Origin: Hormiphora californensis
Lineage: Eukaryota; Animalia; Ctenophora
Reading direction: 5' to 3'
Assembly: GCA_020137815.1 (NCBI GenBank)
Contig: CM035356.1
Span: forward strand, 5,766,001-5,830,000
DNA length: 64,000 nucleotides
Both the position numbers and the translations under genes were made by a program. This document shows, one piece after another, positions 39,198 through 53,400 of the stretch. The notes under the pieces are model-generated. The model was not told the origin of the DNA. It searched no databases and was given only the letters and a program-made list of their open reading frames with translations. Position 1 is the first letter of the stretch. Every line of letters starts with the position of its first letter.

Positions 39198-39958
39198 TAA
39201 TACGTTTGATCCGGACGCTCTTGGCAATTTCTTTCTGATTTCTATCAATTTCTTTACTTTCTGTTTTATTTGTGCCATATTTGATTGCAATCTTATTAAT
39301 TTATCGCTTCCCACAATTTGCTGCTTTTAAATCACTTCTTCCTCCTACTGGACAACTTCCCACCTTCGAGCCCCCTTCTGTACTTCCTCTAGAGTTGGGA
39401 CTTTGGCCTCTCCTGGGCACCCCTTTGCACCCTCCCTTGTACCTGTTTGTACATCCTCCTTCCTGAGTCTTTGGTGTATCCTTTTGCCATCTGTGGTACC
39501 TGCTTCTACATTCTCCCTCGCTCCTGGGTAGTGGCCAGTGGGTATATCTTCCTGCACTCTCCCCTTTCCGAGTACCACCTTCCCTCCGTACCCTAGGTAC
39601 TTCCTTCTGCACCCCAGCCCGGCCCTGGGTCTTTCCTTCTGCATTCTCTCTTGGCCCACCTTTCATGCATGATGCACACCCAGCACCCTTCCTCTTTATG
39701 GTACCTGCTTCTTCATCCCCCTCCTGGGTACCTCCTTCAGCCTTCTGTACCCTTACTCCTTCATACCTGCTTCTACATCCTCCCCCTTTTGGGTAACTTC
39801 TTTTGCATCCCCCTTTTTGGTACCTGCTTCTACATCGTCTCTCCTCGGTACCTACTTTTGAACCCTCCTTCCTTGTTACTATACCTATCCTCTCTATTTA
39901 TAATTATCCTTTAATCCCTAAATTTCTTATTTATAACTGGATGTATTTAATAGTTTAA

Positions 39959-40552
39959 GGCTATAAGCATACTGATCGTGATGATCATAATCAGGTCAGT
40001 GTGCGGAGATTTTGATGGTCACCATCAAAGAAGCGCACACACTGATGGTTATCATCATGATGGAGGCTTGATGCATCATGATGATCTCCAACCATAGTGT
40101 GTTCACGTTTGATCATCATAAACCATAGTGTGCGCACGTTTGATCATCATAGACCATACTCAACTTGCTGTAACTTGCCTTTTGATCATGATCATCATGA
40201 CCAGTGTGCTCAGCATGATGATGCTATCTCCCCCTTGCCCAGTCGCGCGCTCTGAGAGGCTGTTGCATATCACGTGACCTGTACAACAGCCTCTCAGTGC
40301 GCGCGAATTCGTACACGTGGTACATATCACATGACTACAGTGCAGCCCTCCATAAGAATAAGATCAGAACGTGCGCACACTAGGTGTTGATGATCATCAT
40401 CCAACTTAAGAGACGGCTCCAGGGCCAGCTCTTACGTGATGATCATAATGTTCCGCACACTGCAGTTTTTTGCAGATGATGATGATCAAAACCATGAGCA
40501 CACTTCATCTTTTTAACTGATTATGATCATCACGATCAGTATGCTTATAGCC
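39959..40552. mobile_element. PIF/Harbinger-type MITE
   Basis: 36-bp TIR GGCTATAAGCATACTGATCGTGATGATCATAATCAG, TAA TSD at 39956-39958 and 40553-40555, internal hairpin 40245-40305. Confidence 0.9.
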
Positions 40553-41359
40553 TAATGCTGCAAATGGAAAACTTGAAAGTAGGAATTAAATGTGATGTGT
40601 ACGGATGTCGGATGTGTAATGTCTACAAAGAGGAAAAGTCTTCTTCTTTTCTCTCGGGGAATCATTACAAAAGAGGTACTGTTACTACTAATTACTAAAT
40701 TCTGTACCAGCTAATGTTGCAAGAAACCCCAGTTAATCGAATCACGATCGATAAACAGACTATTATAATACATGTTCACCATTTTTGTAGCTAGGTACAT
40801 CATCATGCCTATAAACCATCTTTGCCCCATCCAGGTACCAACTGATATGATAAACATGGGAATCTAGCTTTCACCGCAGTAACGATTAGACGTTGGCCAA
40901 CTAGTATGTGGCTGGGATATTTTCCGAAAAGAGAACTGGACTGGACGCGTGAACTACACTCATCTTCATAACCAAGAAGGTTAGTTGTCAAATCGTCCCT
41001 TCCCAAATCCCTCCCGAGTTCCATTCTCTTCCCAGTTATTTATTCTATTCCCCTCCCAGTTATTTATTACATTTCTATTTAGTATTTATCTTAATTACAT
41101 GCTATTCAACATGGAGGTTTAATGATTTTGATAGAGGAATCTGTCTCCCTCTGTCGTTCGCTTTCAGATGTCTTCTCTCTATCTCTTGCTCTATCTCTAG
41201 CTCTATTTCGGAGAGCGAACTGTATTGACATGTTTCTGGCCCACCCTGTATCTCCATCTTGTTATGTTCTAACCCTCCTAGGAAAGAGGTTCGAGCAAGG
41301 CCATCTCCATCGCTATCTCTCTTTCTCTCTCTCTCTCTCTCCCTCTCTCTCTCTCCCTC

Positions 41360-41444
<85 letters not shown>

Positions 41445-41576
41445 CTCCCTCACCACTGTATTCTTTCAGGAAAACTCATCACAGAACGGCGCTCAGTTGG
41501 AACGGCCGGAATACCTGGGTGGAAGGGTAAAATATCTGCAATGAGAGGTGTATCCTGCTTCTCAAAGATCCCTTTC

Positions 41577-41879
41577 GAAGTTATGGACTCTCTAAACGAG
41601 AAGCCTGTGATCTCCAAGTGTTCTAGAGTGGTTGCTGCTGATGGAAAAGTGAGACCTGTCGTTGTCTCTCTGAACTCCAGGGAAACTCTGATTTCTCTCC
41701 TGAGGAAGGCGAGGGAGCTCAAGACTACTACGGCCTACTCCAAGGTGTTTCTGGAGCCTGATCGGACTCTAGAGCAGAGGGTTGAGAAAAAGAGAACATT
41801 AAAGACTTTGAGTGAGTTGAGAAGGTCGCATCCTGAGGGACGCTATTTGATTATGGGTGGAGTAATACAGTGTGTGTAG
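41577..41879 (+). pseudogene. Fragment of a LINE ORF1-like protein C-terminus
   Basis: VRPVVVSLNSRE..LLRKARELK..KVFLEPDRTLEQR, homologous to the 45888 ORF; no ORF2 downstream. Confidence 0.7.
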
Positions 41880-42255
41880 GACTCTGGGTGTCGCCTGTCA
41901 TATCGGGATTATTCCTGTGTTGGCGAAGCCCTTGAATGAGTGTTTGAAATATTTGAACTTTCATTGTTTTCCGTACTCATTCTAAATGTTGACCCCGAAA
42001 TAGACAAGGAACAAATATAATACCGCCAAAGTGATTAAATCTTGTTCCAGATAAAAACATGGGTGGGGTGAACAGTTTGATCACAACGGACCGTTTTATA
42101 ATTATGAATGTGTGGATGTTATTAATTGTTGATATTTTTCGTCTATTTGAACAATGAACTGTGTACCATTTTATTATGCATGTCAGTTTAAATTATTAGT
42201 AAACAATTACAAAGAACAGTGTGGTTGAATCATTGAAACATGTTTGTAATTATCC

Positions 42256-42374
<119 letters not shown>

Positions 42375-42981
42375 CCCTTACTCTTTCCCTCTCTGTATAC
42401 AAACATGTTTCATTTTGTGTTTAATAACGGAATACTGGAACTTGGAAATGGTCTTAAAATGAGGAAGAAATTCATAAACATGGTTACGGCACTTGTCAGC
42501 GCATTTCTTAGCTGTTTCCATGAGACCTCCTTCCTTTGTCCTTGAACAAGGTGTCCTGCTGGGCGCGCGGTACATATTGGTGCGCGCGGTATAAAAGTAC
42601 AGATGAAAGTCAAAAGGTGACAGCATTTGAAACGTAGACAATTTATTGGTTTTGGCGGGTATTTGGCCCAGGTTCCAAAAACCTAATTTCGAACCTATTT
42701 CATCCAATTTTTTTACTGAATCTTGTTCGCAGAGTGATTTGGAACACTGTGCTTTTTACTAGACCAAAATCCGATGTGTCAATCAGGAATAAGGGGCATT
42801 TATATCGTTTGACTGGCAATTAGACCTTAATTGACTCCTAGTGACCAATTTACCCAGTCACGCGTATATTTCTGGTAATTCACATGACTCCTAATGAGTT
42901 TCTTAACCATTTCCAAGGATAAAATAAGGGGGTAAAATTCGTGACTGGATCAGATTAGGGTCCCTACTATTTCAGATAAAG

Positions 42982-44421
42982 TCCTTTTTTTTTTCAACTG
43001 TTCACCCCAAAAACTGAAATTTAATAAAAATTAGAATTTGGGTGGCGCGCGCTATAAAGTCGGATTTTTTGAAACTGTCACCCCCCTAGAGTTTTCAAAT
43101 TTCTTTAAATGACCATAAGTCCGGTTCCTGATGAGATAGAGACTTGAAACTTCGAGGTTACAAAGATCTTGCTAAGTTCTTCCGAACCTCCAAATTTCAA
43201 GTCTCTATCTTATCAGGAACCGGAGATATGACAAATTTTGTTATTTCAGGGTGGTGACAGTTTCAAAAAATCCGATAGTGGGAGACACTAGCGTGGTACG
43301 CGCAAAAAAATGCGCGCCACACGATTATCATAATTGATGAATATCTCCGGTTCCTGATAAGCTACAGAGTTCGTTTGGGTACCGTTGGAAAGGAAATTTC
43401 AAGCCCTATCGAATGGGGCCAGCGTTAAAATCTGGGTGTTTCGTGAGTGCTGACAAACGGTTTTTTAGGGTTAGGGCTAAAGTAGGGTTAGGGTTAGGGT
43501 TGGGGTTTGGGTTGGGGTTAGGCCTTGACATTCCCTACTAGATAAACTTTGAATCAGCCAAAACGGTTGAGTGGTTCGGCGGTTAGAGCCGTTTTAGTGA
43601 ATCAACTTTTTTGGCAGCGCGCACCTGTAAACAGGCCACCAAACACCCAGATTGTAACGGCGCCCATCGAATGGCGAAGGTTTGAAGTCTTTATCTTATC
43701 AGGAATAGGAGGGAAGGTGGTACTCGGAAAGGGGAGAGTGCAGGAAGAGGATAACCGGGCCAAGGGAGAGAGCAGAAAGATATACCCACCGGCCACTACC
43801 CAGGAGCGAGGGAGAATGTAGAAGCAGGTACCACAGATGGCAAAAGGATACACAAAAGACTCAGGAAGGAGGATGTACAAACAGGTACAAGGGAGGGTGC
43901 AAAGAGGTGCCCAGGAGAGGCCTAAGTACAAACTCTAGAGGAAGTACAGAAGGGGGCTCCAAGGTGGGAAGTTATCTAGTAGGAGGAAGAAGTGATTTAA
44001 AAGCAGCAAATTGTGGGAAGCGATAAATTAATAAGATTGCAATCAAATATGGCACAAATAAAACAGAAAGTAAAGAAATTGATAGAAATCAGAGAGAAAT
44101 TGCCAAGAACGTCCGGATCAAGTGTATCAAAATCCACCAAAGTGGAAATGAAACATTTCTGGTTCGGCTCGGCTTTGGACGAACTTCTCGCTCAGAAAGA
44201 GCCGCGCACTTGCACGCGCAAATCCATTTACGAATTTCACTACTGCGCGCGAAATTAAGAAACCCTACTAGTTATGAGCCAAAACGAAATTGGTGTGGCG
44301 CGCATTTTTTTGCGCGTACCACGCTAGTGTCTCCCACTACGACTTTACGTTAACATGTGATAAACGCGCAAAAAAATTCCGCGCACGACTTTGGGGGGTG
44401 AACAGTTGAAAAAAAATGGAG
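42982..44421. mobile_element. Nested MITE stack
   Basis: Outer TIR TCC(A)TTTTTTTTCAACTGTTCACCCC; inside it the AAGTCGG MITE; inside that MITE's right TIR an element 43276-44339 with 47-bp TIR TAGTGGGAGACACTAGCG and 3-bp TSD CGA. Confidence 0.85.
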
Positions 44422-45147
44422 TATATGATCTGTACTGGATAGAAAAATGGTTTTGCAAAATAAAACATTTTTTAAGGCACAAGTTTTTTATTTTTACTTT
44501 TTAGCTAATTTGTTGAAAAACGCTGCCTCATGAATTAAATGGGGATTTGGATCGTTACTTTGTAGTATACGCCCAAGTTTTTTCAAAAAAATATCAAAAA
44601 TTTTCATAATTTTTGATTTTTAGAGGGCCACATTTGCAAAATTTTACGAAATATAGTTGATTTAGGGTACCCCCAAGGACGCAACCAGTTAGGATGGACC
44701 CCTAACTGGTAATTTTCTCTAGGGGGTGGGTACTGGGTACTTAGTGGGTCACTGATCCCCCATCTGCGTCGTTGCCAAAAATAATTCGTTCGATATCACA
44801 GCTTTTTCCGTTGTGCTCGTTGTGCTTGTCTTTTAGAGCGTTAGAACATCCTTGTTTCTTGACAAGATCTTTCCAGTAAAAGATTAAGATTAACTGCCAA
44901 CCCTATTTAAACAAAGCCCAAACTAAAAGGGCCCCAATTGGTTAGATATAACTCGACATTATCTTCTTAACCTCAAAATGTGAAATCTCTATCTCATCAA
45001 GGGTGGAGCTATGACCGTGGGAAATTTCATGAAACCCAATCGAGGGGCTTGTTTGTTTGGGTTAAACTTTACTCTTTAGGTATATTGTTTAGGGATACTT
45101 ATGACTGTTATTGCTGTTTACGATTTTCATCGATCACATGTTTTAGT

Positions 45148-47437
45148 ATGAATCCGTGGGCTATAAAAAATCAAAAGAGATCAGTGACATCACTCCAGTC
45201 CCTGAGTGTACTTGCATTTGTAAGGAACTGGGACACACTACACTCAACGCCCATGCCACCAATCTATCATCATGACCTAGTTGAGCGGTGTCTTGTACGA
45301 GGCCGGGTCGAGAGATTGAGGTCTATGATTCTCAGACGCGAGGTAGGGAATATACACATTATACAGTGGTGTTTTGTTTTGTGTCATACTGGTATGAATG
45401 TTTGTCACGTTATAACAGGTTATAAGCCCCCTCACCCTTGGCTTTTGCCTCGGGATCGGCGTCATGATTTATACCAGTTTAATCGCCTGGTAGGGCGATT
45501 AAACTTCATTTGGCTGTTCCCAATTCGCGCTGGGAACAGCCAACTGTATACCGCACCAAGCTATAAACGTTTGCATACTCAGCGACCAGTGCTATCTTTA
45601 TCGAAGCTCGGTATTATTTGGTTTCCAACCTATTTACGTCTGAGTGTGTGTGGTTGACATATAGAGAGGAAATAATGATGATTTATTAGATCATTAGTAG
45701 ATCTGTGGCCGGTGGAGATAGAGAGAGAAAGATCACTCGTTATATATTGTCAGTACTTCCGATATACTTGACTGTAGGGACCAATTATACTTCTATTCCG
45801 ATTTAAACTTTTCAACACTACTTTAAACAAATTAATTTGAGTTTTAGGATAAAGCTGATGTAACAGCCCACGAGGGGCAGGAAGAAAATGGTAAATACGG
45901 ATAATGAAGAAGAAGCAACTCCTCGGATTTACCTGGTAGCTCATCCTGGGAAACCGGCTACTGATATTGATAGGAGGAATGTCAACGACTGCCAACATGA
46001 TACAGTATATTGGGTAAAAGACTTGTTGTCGGAGTGTTCAGGGTTTGGATACAGTAACCCAGAGTTAGTGAGATATGGAACTGGTCCTCCACCAAGGGCT
46101 ACCTGGGATGATTTGGAGGTTCCATCTACGAGCAAGCTTAATACGCTGTCGAAGAAAAAGCTGTTAGATTTTACTAAGAGGGCGTGTGGTATTTTGCTTG
46201 AACAGACATTCCCACTAATTCAAAAGTTGCGTGACAAGGGTTGTGAAAGTATGATGGTTAGAGAGTGCAAAGAGGAGCTCAGACAGCACGGAAAGGAGCT
46301 AATTAAAGCTCAACGAGACCTAGTAGCGGCACAAGAGGAGCTACTCAATATCCAGAGGCAGTTGCTTGAAAAGAGGGAGGTTGAGATTACAGCTGTGCAG
46401 TCAACGGCACAGCAAGAAATGAAGAGCTTCTCCTCCGTTTTGAAGGAAGAATGTGCCTCGGCGCTGGCGCCAAAGAAAATTCAATCAGCTATTGTGGCAG
46501 CCTCTGAGGACCGTGGGTGTAACATCATCATCCATGGCCTGGAAGAGTCAATAAATAGTAGCGTGGAGCTTGAAACTCAAGTAGAGTCTCTTCTTGTTGA
46601 GCTAGGAGAGACTCAGAACGTGAAATCAGTGGAGCGCTTGGGAAGGCAGTCTTTAACTGTCAGACCAGTGAAAGTCGTACTGAAGAGCAGAGACGCTCAG
46701 ATGTCGATCCTGTCGAAAAAATCCCGACTAAAAAGGACCGGCAAGTTCGATAAGGTCTTCATTTCGCCTGACAGGACTTTGGAGGAACGAAATGAGAGAA
46801 GACAGCTTGTTGATCGACTGAAGAAAATGGTGCAAAGGTCTCCTGGAAAACATTACTTCATTCGTGGGAAGGAGGTGGTGGAAGCACCAGGGACCACTGA
46901 GAATTGAAATTAAATTTGTTGATTTTAGAAGTGATGAGCGAGGAAAGGACAGTTGAGTTGAAAGGTGGTCATTTGTTTGATAGCCTCAATTATTTTTCAA
47001 GTTTCAAGTTTCAATCCATGATGTTAAGAATATATAATGATGATTTAATACCACAATATCTTTATTCTAATACCACAATATATCTACTCTAATACCAGAA
47101 TATCTCTACTTTAATACCATAATATCTGACGAATATTTGCCTGGTTAGACTGTGTTTCGGGCGCCGCGCCCCCGAATCACCTTACAAATGTAAAGGGAGG
47201 GTTAGAACATAACAAACGAGTATCTGATCATCCATTCCATTCAGATTCTTATTAGTCTCCTGGGGGGATCTGACTGTTTGGTTCTGTTTCACCGCTGTAT
47301 ACAACATCTAATGGATGCAGGCATCCCGATTTGTAGCGACATAGCGACACTCATTCGAACAGGTATTGGGAAGAGGAATGTGAGGCATTTTCCGCAAAAA
47401 GAGAGAGGGGAGAGAGAGAGAGTGAGAGAGAGAGAGA

Positions 47438-47468
<31 letters not shown>

Positions 47469-50400
47469 GGGGAGAGAGAGAGAGAGAGAAACAGAGAGGG
47501 ATGTTGTGATAGAATGATATTGTGTGATGACAGCTATTCATGCAGGTGTATCCATTGAGGATAGATTACGGATAGGAATGTTCCTTGGACAGTGTGGCTG
47601 GTACGATCCCGCCCAGACCGTGCTATCTGATCTGGCATCTGATCCGGCCACAACTCCAACCCAGCTTCACCATACCCTCACACACTCCGCCTATCTGGCT
47701 GCCCTAGACTTACAGCTTCAGCAAAGCCCAGTTATCTCTGGAGAAGGCCGGAGATAGTGGTGGAAGGGGTTGGTAGCAGGGCACTATCTTGGGGAATTAC
47801 TGCTTATCGGTTTTATTGCGTTAGCCAATACGATGAAGCTTCAGTATGGGCTGAGAAGGCGTTGGTAGCGATTGACGATCAAATAGACACTAAATCTTGT
47901 ATTTTACTCCTTCGTTTATTATCAAAGGTATGTGCTATATTTCTGGAGAACTGATTTTATCATAAGTAGGATATATAATTCTCATGCCATTAAAATATAC
48001 ATCTCTATAATTCTCAGCCAATTAAAGATAATCTACTAAAGATATCAATCTTTTCTTCTAACTGAATTTTAAGTCTGGCACAAATCCAACGTATAATTAT
48101 CATCTCAAGAAGATCTTCACCCCTTTAAATAAGTTCCCCACTATTTGTAGGTTTACATCAAGACCCCTCCAGCCCCCTATTCATTTACAAGTTTACTAAG
48201 CAAATTTAGACACTAGGTTTATTTGCAGGTCTACATCAACACTAGAAAGTTTTGCCGTGCAGAATGTCTCGTTAGCCATGCTGTTAACCTATCCCTAGTC
48301 ACCTACTCTCCCTCTCACCCCGAGTACGCGGCCGCTCTCCAGGATTACGGATTCTGCCTTCTACACCTGGACAGAGTCGAGGAAAGTGTCACCGTGAGTT
48401 TGGGTGGAGGGTAACCGGGATCAGGGTTTTGGGGCCAGTCATCGGGGTATCGGCATGAGAGGGGGTATCGCACTAATGAGAGGGGGGCATGCGAGTTCTT
48501 ATTGCTGTCTTTACAACAGTTTTTTTGCTTTCCATTTGAGGAGAGGTGGCCAGCTAATTGGTCCACACATATCACACCCATTCTCTCTCTCCAAAGTGTG
48601 ACTTCACACCCCCCCATTGACAGCCTTTGTCACACCCTCCCTCTCTCCAAAGTGTGACTTCACACCCCCATTGACAGCCCTTGTGTAGTCATTATTACAA
48701 CCCTTGTGTTTTGAAAAGGTGTGGTACTGAAATGTGTGTGTATAACTGTGTGGTTCAAATACACACGTGAAAACATGTGGTAATTGGTTTGGTAATTGTG
48801 TGGCATGAGACCAATAACGTTTACAGAGTGTCATGTTAGCATTATATACGGGTAGTACCCATGTTGTAGGACTCATGTTAATACCCATGATAGGACTATA
48901 ATATATCGACAGGAAAATATTAGATAGTACTAGATAGCTCATTCACGTCATAAAATGAATCTTTTGTGTGAGCACATGCTTCATGACGTTACGTTCATTA
49001 GAACATTCTTTGTGATAGACATGCACCGCATTCTTACATTATCATACCACGCATATGCTCTATAGGATAGAAGTGCTCTTTTCTCTATTCATCATGATAT
49101 GATCATAATTCGATAAATCGTAATTCTTCTTTCTCGTTCTCTGAATTATCTGTTCTTTATTTTCTAAAAAAAGGTTTTCCTAAACAAAAGGTATTTTCTA
49201 AACCAAAACTTCCAAAAGTCAAACACTTCTTTCTCGATCTCACTCCCTCTCTTTCTCTATCTTTTTTTTTCTCTCTCTCTCTCTCTCTCTCTCACACACT
49301 GAAATCACAAGCCAAATGGCCAGATCGTGTTTGGATCATAATTGGATATCGTTAATTACCCACTAAATTTCTTTGAGTCACGACCGTTTATTGCTGCTCG
49401 TGTGGCCAAATGGAAAAGAAAGATGTAACAACCAATCAGAACTCGTTATTTAGGTCACGTGACTGGTTTCCCCAGAACTAGATATCAGTATCATGACCAA
49501 TTTCCCGGAAACACGAAATTAGGCAGCTATCTTGGTGACGCAGTCACCCCTACAAGCCAACAGAATTTCATCACCAAGCAGCTATCCAAACTACTAAATA
49601 AATACTCCCTGCCAGGAACCGACCGAATCAGGAAATACTGGTCCCTGATTGGCTGGTAACCAGTCACGTGACCTAAATAACGAGTTCTGATGGGTTGTTA
49701 CTTGTGTCGGTCGGTTCCTGCGTTATGCCCTGTTTCTCTCCTGCTGCTGCAGCAGTCTTACCTCCCCTTCTTTTCTTGGGACTTGGGTGGGTGAGACGTC
49801 GTGGTATTATTATTATTAGGGGGATATTATTAGCATATTATTAGCTGAGATACCCTCTACTCCCTCCCTCTCACAATATCCCCCATGTATATCACCGATG
49901 ATATGATACCCCCCCCCCATATCCCAGGTGTATCACCGTGCCCTAAAGATAATGTGTGATGTGTTTGGAGAACTGAATGTCCGCTCTGCCGTTGCTCACG
50001 AGGACCTGGCCTACGCAACCTACGTTTACCAGTATAATCACGGCAACTATACTCGCTGTTTGGAGTTGTCTGACGCCAGCATCAGGTAGGGCAATCTGTC
50101 AGAGCATTGCAGCATGATCCCACGAACCGACCAAATCAGGAAATACTGGTCCCTGATTGGCTGATAACCAGTCACGTGACCTAAATAACGAGTTCTGATT
50201 GGTTGTTTACTTGTGTCAGAGCATTGCAGCCTGATCCTATTCTCATTTTTTCAAATAAGGAGAACAGCAGGCAGATCATTGGCATGAGATGTTCATTTAA
50301 TTAATTGTACTGGGTACACAATAATTCTCAGCATAGCAGGGAAAACTGTGCCATTTGTGTGGTGGTGATTTGTACATGTGGTAGTGACCACATTCAATCA

Positions 50401-53400
50401 TTAACCGTCACACAACTCTGATCTACAGATGTCTCATGTGTACAGTGACTTGTATAATAATAAAGTGACGTCACTGCATGTTTTCTGACGTCATGAAACA
50501 TGTTTTCTCATCCACCTCATGATGTAAACCCAGCGGATCCCTTCCACAGGATCGAGTGCACTAAACCCCTTCTCCCAGGATTGTGAACAAGTTGTTACCG
50601 GAGGAGCATTTGTTACGGGCGAGCTACCAGCCGACTTAGGGCCCTCATTCTCGAGGAATTGGCGTACAATAAGATTAGAGAGTAGGGAGGGGAGGCAGCT
50701 CCTAAAAGAAGGTACGTTAATAAAATAGAGAGTAGGGAGGGGAGGCAGCTCCTAAAAGAAGGTACTTTAATAAAATAGAGAGTAGGGAGGGGAGGCAGCT
50801 GTTTGTTTGCATGTTTATTAGTGCATGGGAGAGTACTGCACATGTAACGAGGGACATGACATCACTAATTAGACACATGTTGTTCGAATATGTTGAGATA
50901 TAAATACTACTATCATCTACTATGATAGTATAGCCTATAGTTAGTAGTTATTATACGAAGCCGAACATCTCCATCCTTGTGCTGCTGAAATATGTCTTGA
51001 TGTGGGCAAATCACACAATATGCTAATTAGTGTAATTAGTATACATGCACATAATACGAACAAGCTACGTCACAAACCACACAAATAACAAATCTCCCTC
51101 CCTCGGCAGCACAATCCCTGCATCGCGACTCCCTCAAGTTATGTAAGAGGGTTCTGGGAGAGAGTAACATCCAGACAGCGAAGCACTATGGTAATTTGGG
51201 CCGGTTGTACCAGTCTATGGGGCTCTTCAAGTCAGCTGAAAAGATGCACAAACGAGCCATCAAAATTAAGGTGAGGTTATACCGTTTTCTGTTTCTGTTT
51301 CTGTTCCAGGATTATGTTGGTAGTTGGTAGATGAGTTACAGAACCGCTTACCCAACTTTCGTGCGCTAGAAAGGGATGGGTTACTTCGTTACCAAGTTGG
51401 AAGTGATTAGTGGTCTCTAGTTGGTAGTATCCACATGTTAGATAATTTCTGATCGCGCACAGGCTCTCTAGTGGAGGGAATTTACAACTGTGAGCCCCTA
51501 CAGGTTCTATGTTTCTGTTTCTGTTTCTGTTCCAGCTGATTATAATGTTGATAGCGCCCATCCTTGGATTTCATCACTTGTGTCGCTCACACTGCATTTT
51601 TTTCCTTAAAATGACATCAGTGAGTTCGACGAGGATTCGGCAGAGCAATACATCACATGATCATTTTCACGATTACACAATTTGAGATTGGCTTACAGCA
51701 GAGGGGTACCGCTGATCTAACGACCCTCTTCACCTCTTACATAGTGGGCAAAAGTATCACGTTTAGTGATCATTTTCGACTTCCTGTCTGTGTTTCTGCA
51801 CGGATACATTACAGATAGTTGAATGAAGTGTGTCTACTTTATCGATGCTAGATTTTGCCCGTTCTGTGAAGAGAGAAACGGTTATGGTTCCTACGATTAT
51901 TGATGATGGCTTAAGCTCTTTCAGTTCGCAAAAATTACTATTGTTTCTAAAACATCTAAAACATTTAACACATTATAACTTGAAACAGGTCAGATTTTAC
52001 TAATCAGTTTAGCGAAATAAGAAGAAAGTTATATTTACAGCGTTAGAATGGAACATCCAAATGTCCGTATGATGATCGCCCATGCGAAATCTCATAAACA
52101 CCGTCTGGTTGCCGAGGAGATTAAAGCTCAAGGATGGCTTGATAACTTGAAGACTGATAGAACTCGAAACGCCAACTTTAAAGCTGCTGCGGTGGAGGGA
52201 CAGGAGGTAATGGAAAAACTCATGATGAAGCTCAAGGGAGATATAACCGTTGATGAATTCAAAGTGTGGCTTCAAATGAAGGAGGGTCATGCCAATAGGG
52301 AGAGTCAGCATTATTGGGGGATATGGGGTCACGATTCGGTAGAATCAAACAGGGTCCAGGCAGGTACTCGAGACTGCATCAAGGAAATCAGAGAAATGTG
52401 TCACTAATGGCCTGTAGTCACCTCCGAATCTTTCATGGAGTTTTGGACCATGTTTACTGAGAACAGATAGATATAGAAATGATAGAGAGAGAAAAAGACA
52501 AAGCCAGCAAGAGAGAGAGAGACTGGGAACGAGTTATTTTGACGGTTTACTGTTTAGATAAGATTTTGGCACTGTTAGGAGTGTCCGACCAGTGCCATGA
52601 TTTTCTTTTTGCCTCTTTTTTGGGAAGATGTTTGTTTTTTAGCTCGCAACTTTTTTAGCGAAGTGCGCCCGCCTCTCTTATTAGAGATATTCATGACATC
52701 GTTCTATAAAACTCCTTTTAATAACCGTGAATCGAGTCATCAGACATCGGGCAACGAGACGAAAATGGCAAAAGCCACAAACTTAGATACTATGAGGAAA
52801 CTCAGATATTAAAGTCCAATTTTTTATTTAAGCGACAGGCCGCCGCGCATGAAAATGCAGCGCTCGAAATCGATTTCTGGTTCCTGATTATAAGCTAGCG
52901 ACTTTTTCTTGGTGCCATTGGAAAGATAAAAATTTTATCTTTCCAACGCAACCAAGATCAAGTCTTTATCTTATCAGGAACCGGAGATATGACCAATTAA
53001 CCAATTGAGTGCGCCGCGGCCTGTCGCTTAAATAAAAAATTCGACTATATAACGTTTTCACCAGTAAAGTCGGATTTTTTGAAGTTGTCACCCCAAAATG
53101 ACCGCGCATGTGAAATTTATCAATTTTGACGCGCACACCACACGTTAACATGTGATGTGACGCGCAAAAACATTCCGCGCACAAAGAGGGGGGGTGACAA
53201 CTTCAAAAAATCCGACTTTATCCCCTATGAGCACAGCCTTTGCTAATAAAATAGTTCCACTCTCATCATAATAAGCTCAAGAAATAGTTTTACTGACATC
53301 AGCCTGTTCGTCAACTCTTGTTTATATCATTTTGCCCATGTTGTAATGCAGAAAGTGCTGGTATTTGGTCAGTGGTTCCGTAATCAACCGAATTGTCTGT

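Noticed and set aside
39272-39914. G/R-rich or L/P-rich ORFs as genes
   Set aside because: They lie within a dispersed repeat arm and are not preserved in the second copy at 43706-44270.
45807-45900. SL RNA gene
   Set aside because: The leader is followed by TTTTAG and an mRNA-like UTR and ORF, not by a GT donor and SL intron.
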